DNA of 32,000 nt from Vibrio cholerae ATCC 14035. GTDB taxonomy: Bacteria > Pseudomonadota > Gammaproteobacteria > Enterobacterales > Vibrionaceae. The DNA lies in NCBI RefSeq assembly GCF_000621645.1, contig NZ_JHXR01000004.1:180001-212000 (forward strand). The letters run 5' to 3'. Shown here piece after piece: positions 8,851-15,532 of this stretch. The position numbers and the translations under genes are program-made. Under the pieces are notes generated by a model that was given only the letters and a program-made list of their open reading frames with translations, was not told the DNA's origin and did no database searches. The first letter of the stretch is position 1. Every line of letters starts with the position of its first letter.

Positions 8851-9957
8851 TTAGGCGGTAGTGTAAGCGCAGACGAATTCGGCAATTTTCACCATATCCG
8901 CAATCGCGATGTACTCTTCAGTAGTATGCACTTTAGCCATACCGGTTGAGAGGTTTACCGTAGTTAACCCTTTCGCATTGAAATTATTGGCATCGCTGCC
9001 ACCACCACTCAGCTTGGTTTTCGGCTCAATACCGATTGTTTCAAAGCTCGCTTTGATCGCTTGGATATGCGCGTTGTCTTCTTCCAACTTAAAGGCGTTG
9101 TAAGCGCGAGTCGATTCAATCTCAACGGTTGCGTCATGCTTTTCCGCGGCACGTTCAAAAGTTTCGATCATGTGCTGAACTTGCGCTTCGAGTTTGGCAT
9201 CGTTGAGTGAACGCGCTTCCGCCACGATTTTCAGCTCAGGCATCACAATGTTCGTCGCTTGACCGCCTTGCACAATACCGATGTTAGCCGTGGTTTCTTC
9301 GTCAATTCGCAGCAGTTTCATTTGAGTAATTGCATCAGCGGCCACCGCAATGGCGCTGATTCCATCTTCCGGTACTAAACCAGCATGAGCGGGTTTACCT
9401 TTGATCTGTGCGACGATTTTTTGCTGACCCGGTGCTGCACGCACGATAGTGCCGATTGGGCCACCTGTGTCGAGAACAATCGCTTTCTCTGCTTGCACCT
9501 TACTCATATCAAAATGCTCAGAACCTTTCAGACCGCCTTCTTCATGCACAGTGAAAGCAATCTCAATGGTTTTGTGCGCTTGCTGGCTATCGCGCAGAAC
9601 ACGTACCGCTTCAAGGATCGCGGCAATGCCAGATTTGTCATCGCCACCCAAAATCGTGTTGCCTTTGGAACGGATAATGCCATCTTCAATCACAGGCTCA
9701 ATGCCGATACCCGGTTTAACCGTATCCATGTGGCAACTAAACAGAATACTGTCATTGAGTGTGCCTTCTAGGCGGGCATACAGGTTAAAGCCGTTTGACA
9801 CCTCCGCCGGAACAGGGAGTTTATGTACGGTGAAACCAAGTTCGCCCAGTTGCTCCGCGAGCGTTTCAGCAATCTTTTTTTCATTGCCCGATTCGCTATC
9901 GATCTGAATCAGTTGCAGGAAGTGGTCAACAAGGCGTTGGGTATTAATCAGACTCAT
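8851..9957 (-). CDS. M20-family metallopeptidase, peptidase T-like tripeptidase
   Basis: 368 aa with M20 metal-ligand motifs CHMDTV, GGDDKSG and HEEGG. AAGAGG lies 7 nt upstream of the ATG. Confidence 0.8.
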   Translation of the reverse strand: MSLINTQRLVDHFLQLIQIDSESGNEKKIAETLAEQLGELGFTVHKLPVPAEVSNGFNLYARLEGTLNDSILFSCHMDTVKPGIGIEPVIEDGIIRSKGNTILGGDDKSGIAAILEAVRVLRDSQQAHKTIEIAFTVHEEGGLKGSEHFDMSKVQAEKAIVLDTGGPIGTIVRAAPGQQKIVAQIKGKPAHAGLVPEDGISAIAVAADAITQMKLLRIDEETTANIGIVQGGQATNIVMPELKIVAEARSLNDAKLEAQVQHMIETFERAAEKHDATVEIESTRAYNAFKLEEDNAHIQAIKASFETIGIEPKTKLSGGGSDANNFNAKGLTTVNLSTGMAKVHTTEEYIAIADMVKIAEFVCAYTTA

Positions 9958-10125
9958 AGGAATACCTCTTAGGGAACAGAAGTTGTCACCATGCCTGCAA
10001 TTGACTTGACTGATGATGCGTTAAATCAAAAAAAGCCTGAAAACCAGAGGGAAATAGAAACCAGAGCGTTGCAAGGCTTAATGGTGTCAATAGAGAGGCT
10101 CCAGCCACGTCTGGCATGAATTGAA

Positions 10126-10162
10126 AGTAACAATATCGTTACATTGTAAGCTTGGCTTTACT
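10126..10162. promoter_or_regulatory. Two adjacent TyrR-box-like palindromes (aGTAAC-N6-GTTACa at 10126-10143; TGTAAG-N6-TTTACT at 10145-10162)
   Basis: Compared by eye with the E. coli TyrR box TGTAAA-N6-TTTACA (9/12 and 10/12 matches). They lie in the divergent promoter region between the peptidase gene and hppD. Confidence 0.4.
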
Positions 10163-10295
10163 CTTCTCAGATGAGTGTAAATTCACGAAATTTAGACATG
10201 AAATTTTAACTATTTATTAATATTCAATGAGTTGTGTTTAAGTTTTGTAGGATTAGGGCAAAAGTTTTTGTGGCGTTGATCTTAGATGTGTTGAA

Positions 10296-10313
10296 TGTAA
10301 TAAAATTGTTACC
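10296..10313. promoter_or_regulatory. Third TyrR-box-like site (TGTAAT-N6-GTTACc), about 105-120 bp upstream of the hppD start
   Basis: 9/12 match to TGTAAA-N6-TTTACA. It is preceded by the same TTGAA as the site at 10126. Confidence 0.4.
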
Positions 10314-10414
10314 TTTTGGTGATTTAGGGGTGAGTTAACCCATTTGCAGAGCTGGGATTTTCTTTATGAATTATTTCAGCCATGGTTACTTCAACTCAAC
10401 ACACCAAGGAAACG

Positions 10415-11491
10415 ATGATGATGGATAGCGTAAACCCACTCGGTACAGATGGCTTTGAATTTGTGGAATATACTGCCGCTGATGAGCAGGGCATTGCCAG
10501 CCTCAAACACCTCTTCACCTCTCTGGGCTTTGCCGAAATTGCTAAACACCGTTCTAAAGAAGCTTGGCTGTATCGTCAGGGTGACATCAACTTTATTGTC
10601 AACGCACAGCCTCGTAGCCAAGCTGAAGCGTTTGCTAAACAGCATGGCCCTTCGGTATGCGGGATGGCGTTTCGCGTGAAAGACGCGGCGATTGCTCTCA
10701 AGCATGCGCAGGCCAATGGTGCCGTCGAGTACAAAACTGAGATTGGGCCTATGGAGTTAAGCATTCCGGCGGTGATCGGGATTGGCGATAGCTTGCTCTA
10801 TTTTGTGGATCGTTATGGCGATCGCAGCATCTATGATGTCGATTTTCATTTCTACCCTGATAGCAAAGAGCGCCTTGCCAAAGCGCAAGTGGGGTTGTAT
10901 GAAATTGACCACCTCACCCACAACGTGAAACGTGGCAACATGAACCTGTGGGCAGGCTTTTATGAGCGGATTGGTAACTTCCGTGAAATTCGCTACTTTG
11001 ATATTGAGGGCAAACTGACAGGGTTGGTGAGCCGAGCCATGACCGCGCCCTGTGGCAAAATCCGTATTCCGATCAACGAGTCCTCTGACGATAAATCGCA
11101 AATCGAAGAGTTTATTCGTGAGTACAAAGGTGAAGGTATCCAGCATATCGCGCTCAGTACCGAGGATATTTACCACACTGTGAAAACCTTGCGTGAACGT
11201 GGCATGGACTTTATGCCCACTCCGGACACCTATTACGACAAGGTGAATCAGCGAGTGGTGGGACATCAAGAAGATGTGCAAGCACTGCGTGACTTACGTA
11301 TTTTGATTGATGGTGCACCGATGAAAGATGGCATTTTGCTGCAAATCTTCACTCAAACTGTGATTGGGCCTGTGTTCTTTGAAATCATTCAGCGCAAAGG
11401 TAATCAAGGATTTGGTGAAGGTAACTTCAAAGCGCTGTTTGAATCGATTGAAGAAGATCAGATCCGCCGTGGAGTATTGACTGATGCATAA
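10415..11491 (+). CDS. hppD: 4-hydroxyphenylpyruvate dioxygenase
   Basis: C-terminal HPPD signature (FFEIIQRKGNQGFGEGNFKALFESIEEDQ) and iron-ligand context HIALSTEDI. The track start at 10382 lacks an SD. Three consecutive ATGs at 10415, 10418 and 10421 follow AAGGA (10406-10410), so the exact start is ambiguous. Confidence 0.9.
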   Translation: MMMDSVNPLGTDGFEFVEYTAADEQGIASLKHLFTSLGFAEIAKHRSKEAWLYRQGDINFIVNAQPRSQAEAFAKQHGPSVCGMAFRVKDAAIALKHAQANGAVEYKTEIGPMELSIPAVIGIGDSLLYFVDRYGDRSIYDVDFHFYPDSKERLAKAQVGLYEIDHLTHNVKRGNMNLWAGFYERIGNFREIRYFDIEGKLTGLVSRAMTAPCGKIRIPINESSDDKSQIEEFIREYKGEGIQHIALSTEDIYHTVKTLRERGMDFMPTPDTYYDKVNQRVVGHQEDVQALRDLRILIDGAPMKDGILLQIFTQTVIGPVFFEIIQRKGNQGFGEGNFKALFESIEEDQIRRGVLTDA

Positions 11492-12620
11492 ATGGATCAC
11501 TTTTCCGCATCGTGAAGGCACTTGTTCAAGGCAGGCGCATGCGGATTTCCCAGAGCAGGCGATTTACGAACGTGAAGCGGGGCGCAGTGGCTTTTTTGGC
11601 CCCGCAGCGCATTTTCATCATCAACATGCACCGACAGGTTGGAGCGAGTGGGAAGGCGAACTGCGTCCACGCGCCTTCAACTTCAATCATGTGGAAGGAG
11701 TGAATGCTTTGTCTCCTTGGCAAGTGCCCCTGTTACTGCACAACCATGAAGTGAAAGTGCGGGTGTGGAAGCTAGAGCAAGCTATGCCAGCGTTGGCGCG
11801 CAATGCCGATGGTGATGAGCTGCTGTTTATCCATCAAGGTAAAGCGGATCTCTATTGTGACTATGGCCATATGGTCGTCAGTGATGGCGACTATGTGCTG
11901 ATCCCGCGCTCGACCAACTGGCGTCTAGAGCCGATTGAGCCCTTGTTTATTTTGATGATTGAAAACACCGATGCCGCTTATGCGTTACCCGAAAAAGGCT
12001 TAGTCGGCAATCACGCGGTCTTTGACCCTGCCGTGTTGGACGTGCCTTCGATCAATGATCAATTCCGCGCGCAATACTCTGAGCAGCAGACGCAAGTGCA
12101 GGTAAAACGTCATGGGCAGCTAAGCACCATCACCTTCCCGTTTAATCCTTTGGATGCGGTGGGTTGGCATGGCGATCTCTCTGTCGTGCGCCTCAACTGG
12201 CGTGATATTCGCCCGCTGATGTCGCATCGCTACCATCTTCCGCCTTCGGCACATACCACCTTTGTCGGCCAAGGTTTTGTGGTGTGTACTTTTGTCCCTC
12301 GTCCCATTGAAAGTGATCCCGGCGCGCTGAAAGTGCCGTTTTATCACAACAATGATGATTATGATGAAGTGCTGTTTTACCACGCTGGCGATTTTTTCAG
12401 CCGCGATAATATTGAAGCGGGCATGGTGACCTTCCACCCAGCCGGTTTTACTCACGGCCCCCATCCGAAAGCGTTCCAAGCCGGTTTGGAATATCGCAAA
12501 AAATTCACCGATGAAGTGGCGGTCATGATTGATACCCGCCATGCGCTACAGTTTAGTGATGCGGCACAGCAGGTGGAAAATCGTCAGTATGTTTACAGTT
12601 GGCAGAGTAAAAAGGAGTAG
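11484..12620 (+). CDS. hmgA: Homogentisate 1,2-dioxygenase (short bacterial form, 378 aa)
   Basis: The N-terminal region resembles the HGD motif (...GRSGFFGPAAHFHHQHAPTGW). It sits between hppD and the FAH/maiA genes. Its start overlaps the hppD stop (ATGCATAA). Confidence 0.8.
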   Translation: MHKWITFPHREGTCSRQAHADFPEQAIYEREAGRSGFFGPAAHFHHQHAPTGWSEWEGELRPRAFNFNHVEGVNALSPWQVPLLLHNHEVKVRVWKLEQAMPALARNADGDELLFIHQGKADLYCDYGHMVVSDGDYVLIPRSTNWRLEPIEPLFILMIENTDAAYALPEKGLVGNHAVFDPAVLDVPSINDQFRAQYSEQQTQVQVKRHGQLSTITFPFNPLDAVGWHGDLSVVRLNWRDIRPLMSHRYHLPPSAHTTFVGQGFVVCTFVPRPIESDPGALKVPFYHNNDDYDEVLFYHAGDFFSRDNIEAGMVTFHPAGFTHGPHPKAFQAGLEYRKKFTDEVAVMIDTRHALQFSDAAQQVENRQYVYSWQSKKE

Positions 12621-12626
12621 GGCGAT

Positions 12627-13646
12627 ATGAAGTTAGCGACCCTGAATAATGGCACGCGAGATGGTCAGTTGGTGGTCGTCAGCCGTGACTTAACCCTGTG
12701 TGTTGCGGTACCTGAGATTGCCCGTACTTTACAACAGGCGTTGGATAATTGGGATGCGGTGGTGGCATCGTTACAAGATGTCTATTTCGCACTGAATGAA
12801 CGTACTATTACTGCCCGTTTGTTCGACCCAGAGCAGTGTTTATCTCCGTTGCCTAGAGCCTATCATTGGGCGGATGGTTCCGCTTACGTTAACCATGTTG
12901 AATTGGTGCGCAAAGCGCGTGGCGCAGAAATGCCCGCCAGTTTCTGGACCGATCCTCTGATGTATCAAGGGGGATCAGATACGTTTTTAGCCCCGCGGAG
13001 TCCGATCCTGATGGCGGATGAAGCGTGGGGGATCGATTTTGAAGCAGAAGTGGCGGTGGTAACTGCCGATGTGGCGATGGGAAGCTCAGTGCAAGAAGCG
13101 GCGCAGGCCATTCGGCTACTGATGCTGGTCAATGATGTGTCACTGCGTGGTCTAATCCCCAACGAACTCGCTAAAGGGTTTGGTTTCTATCAATCCAAAC
13201 CTTCTTCGGCTTTTTCACCTGTCGCGGTGACTCCAGATGAGCTTGGTGAGGCGTGGGATGGCGCGCGCCTTGCCCTGCCATTACGTACCACCTATAACCA
13301 CGAACTGTTTGGCTGCCCCAATGCCGGCGTGGATATGACTTTTTCATTCCCAGAGTTAATCGCTCATGCAGCGAAAACACGAGCACTGTGTGCGGGCTCG
13401 ATCATAGGGTCGGGTACCGTTTCCAATAAGCAGGGAACCGATTATGGCAGTGCAATCAGTGAAGGTGGCGTAGGGTATTCATGCATTGCTGAGCTGCGAA
13501 TGATAGAAACGCTGCGTGATGGTGAGCCCAAAACAGCCTTCATGCGCTTTGGTGATACGGTGCGAATTGAGATGCTCAATCCACAGCAACAGAGTATTTT
13601 TGGTGCGATTGAGCAACAGGTGATGCAGTACAACAAGGAAGTGTGA
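12627..13646 (+). CDS. Fumarylacetoacetate hydrolase (FAH) family protein, presumed fumarylacetoacetase of the pathway
   Basis: 339-aa ORF with the look of the FAH family; I did not identify a diagnostic motif. The call rests on its position between hmgA and maiA and on my recollection of the V. cholerae annotation. The specific function is inferred from context. Confidence 0.75.
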   Translation: MKLATLNNGTRDGQLVVVSRDLTLCVAVPEIARTLQQALDNWDAVVASLQDVYFALNERTITARLFDPEQCLSPLPRAYHWADGSAYVNHVELVRKARGAEMPASFWTDPLMYQGGSDTFLAPRSPILMADEAWGIDFEAEVAVVTADVAMGSSVQEAAQAIRLLMLVNDVSLRGLIPNELAKGFGFYQSKPSSAFSPVAVTPDELGEAWDGARLALPLRTTYNHELFGCPNAGVDMTFSFPELIAHAAKTRALCAGSIIGSGTVSNKQGTDYGSAISEGGVGYSCIAELRMIETLRDGEPKTAFMRFGDTVRIEMLNPQQQSIFGAIEQQVMQYNKEV

Positions 13647-14290
13647 TGAGTTTAATTCTCTATGGTTATTGGCGTTCGTCAGCCGCCTATCGAGTGCGTA
13701 TTGCCCTCAATATTAAACAGTTGGTTTACGAGTCCCGTGCCGTGCATCTTAGCCGTGAAGGAGGGGAGCAGCATCATGCCGAGTTTCATCGCCTCAATCC
13801 TAGCGAGTTGATTCCTGTGCTTATCGATGGTGAACTCTGCTTGAATCAATCGCTGGCGATTATTGAGTATTTGGATGAAACCTATCCCGACCCCCGTTTG
13901 ATCCCAGAGCGAGGTACCGAGCGTTATCAGGTGAAAGCGTTAGCGTTAGACATCGCAGCGGATATCCATCCGCTCAATAACTTGCGGATTTTGCAGTATC
14001 TTACCGCAAAGCTTGGTGTGGCCGATGAAGAAAAAAATCGTTGGTATCGCCACTGGATTGATAAAGGTTTTCAAGGTTTGGAAGAGAAATTGCGCTATAC
14101 GGCAGGGGAATATTGTGTGGGTAATCGCTTGTCTCTGGTCGATGTCTGTTTAGTGCCTCAAGTTTATAACGCTGAGCGATTTGATCTCGATATGAGTCGT
14201 TATCCCACCTTACAGCAGATCGCAGCAAGGTTACGTGCTTTGCCTGCGTTTGCGCAGGCTGCTCCAGAAAATCAGCCTGACGCTTGTTGA
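13646..14290 (+). CDS. maiA: Maleylacetoacetate isomerase (zeta-class GST)
   Basis: N-terminus LYGYWRSSAAYRVRIALNIK is typical of MaiA/GSTZ. The ATG at 13646 shares one base with the upstream TGA; the track start GTG at 13643 is an alternative. Confidence 0.9.
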   Translation: MSLILYGYWRSSAAYRVRIALNIKQLVYESRAVHLSREGGEQHHAEFHRLNPSELIPVLIDGELCLNQSLAIIEYLDETYPDPRLIPERGTERYQVKALALDIAADIHPLNNLRILQYLTAKLGVADEEKNRWYRHWIDKGFQGLEEKLRYTAGEYCVGNRLSLVDVCLVPQVYNAERFDLDMSRYPTLQQIAARLRALPAFAQAAPENQPDAC

Positions 14291-15411
14291 CCCAGTTGAA
14301 TCGGTACCATAGCAGATTCTTCATCGGCAAACTTTTGTGCAATGTCGATGAAGTTCTGCTCTTCTATTAAAAAGGCATCAATCACCATAGGGTCAAAATG
14401 TGAACCTCGGCCTTGTAAAATGATCGCTTTGGCCTCTTCATGACTCATCGGTTCTTTATAAACGCGGCGGCAAATCAAAGCGTCATACACATCGGCGAGA
14501 GCCATCAAGCGGGCACTCAGAGGAATATCGTCGCCTTTGAGTCCTAGTGGATAACCTGAACCGTCCCACTTTTCATGATGACCCATGGCAATTTCTTTTG
14601 CGACATTGATGAGCGCGGTACAGGCTCCGGAAAGTTTCTCCGCTTTTTCGAGAGCAAGCTTACCCAGCAAGGCGTGATTGCGCATAGTGGTAAACTCATC
14701 TGGGGTCAATTTGCCCGGTTTGAGCAGAATATTGTCGGGAATGCCGACTTTACCTATGTCGTGCAACGGTGCCGCTTTAAAGTAAGTATCAATCACGGTC
14801 GGGCTCAGTACATCGCGGTATTTGTCCGTGGTGGCGAGACGCTGGGCTAATACTTTCACGTAATGTTGGGTACGCAGTAGGTGATTACCTGTCTCCGGAT
14901 CGCGTGTTTCTGCAAGACTGGCCAGCGCAAACACCACAGCATCTTGCATGCGATCCAATTCTCCGGACCGTCGCAGCACTTCGGTTTCCAGATAATCGTT
15001 TTGATTCAATAAAATGTCTTTAGAGCGCTTATTTTGTAAGTGAGTGTGAACGCGCGATTTCAGCAGCGGAATGCTGACCGGTTTAAAAACATAATCAACG
15101 GCACCAAGCTCAAAGCCTAATTGCTCATCTTCGGGATTACTTTTACCTGTAAGAAAAATCACCGGAATATGCTCGGTATGCGGGTTATGTTTGATTTGAT
15201 TAATTACCTCATAGCCCGACATTTCTGGCATGACAATATCGAGTAAAACCAGATCGATAGGGTATTGCGCCAAAATCTCGAGTGCCACTTTTCCTGAGCG
15301 AGCAGCCTTGATTCGATAGTACTGTGCCAGCCCTTGCGACATAAAGGCGATATTGTCTGGCGAGTCATCGACGATCAGTATCGTGCATTGGCTAAGGTCT
15401 TCCATTGACAT
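14272..15411 (-). CDS. Response regulator with HD-GYP c-di-GMP phosphodiesterase output domain (REC + HD-GYP)
   Basis: REC domain (ILIVDDSPDN ... DLVLLDIVMPEMSG ... KP) and HD-GYP motifs HDIGKVGIP and HHEKWDGSGYP. The track ORF runs up to 15597 and overlaps the divergent kinase gene, which is implausible. Candidate starts are 15429, 15420, 15411 and 15405. I chose 15411 because AGGA lies 8 nt upstream. Confidence 0.85.
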   Translation of the reverse strand: MSMEDLSQCTILIVDDSPDNIAFMSQGLAQYYRIKAARSGKVALEILAQYPIDLVLLDIVMPEMSGYEVINQIKHNPHTEHIPVIFLTGKSNPEDEQLGFELGAVDYVFKPVSIPLLKSRVHTHLQNKRSKDILLNQNDYLETEVLRRSGELDRMQDAVVFALASLAETRDPETGNHLLRTQHYVKVLAQRLATTDKYRDVLSPTVIDTYFKAAPLHDIGKVGIPDNILLKPGKLTPDEFTTMRNHALLGKLALEKAEKLSGACTALINVAKEIAMGHHEKWDGSGYPLGLKGDDIPLSARLMALADVYDALICRRVYKEPMSHEEAKAIILQGRGSHFDPMVIDAFLIEEQNFIDIAQKFADEESAMVPIQLGQQASG

Positions 15412-15420
15412 GTGAAACAT

Positions 15421-15499
15421 CCTATTCATCACAAAGTTTAGGCATTTAAGATTAAAGTGACATGAGTTGCTTAAACTATAGCTAAACTTTGAAAATAGG
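15421..15499. promoter_or_regulatory. Nested inverted repeat filling the divergent promoter region: CCTATT/AATAGG, CAAAGTTTAG/CTAAACTTTG (perfect 10 bp) and TTAAG/CTTAA
   Basis: Read directly. The arms are at 15421-26/15494-99, 15432-41/15482-91 and 15446-50/15470-74. Confidence 0.6.
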
Positions 15500-15532
15500 T
15501 TATACAAAATCCTGTGTAGAGAAGGAGATGGC

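Noticed and set aside
9991-10119. 42-aa plus-strand mini-ORF (MPAIDLTDDALNQKKPENQREIETRALQGLMVSIERLQPRLA) in the peptidase-hppD intergenic region
   Set aside because: It has no SD, charged low-complexity composition, and sits in a divergent promoter region. The nearby 9-mer repeat AAACCAGAG (10041-49, 10058-66) is more likely a promoter or operator feature than coding sequence. I cannot support it as a gene.
10165-10195. A fourth TyrR-like site at GAGTGTAAATTCACGAAATTTAGACA
   Set aside because: The half-sites TGTAAA and TTTAGA are 9 nt apart instead of 6. The local AAATT/AATTT symmetry is just AT-rich sequence.
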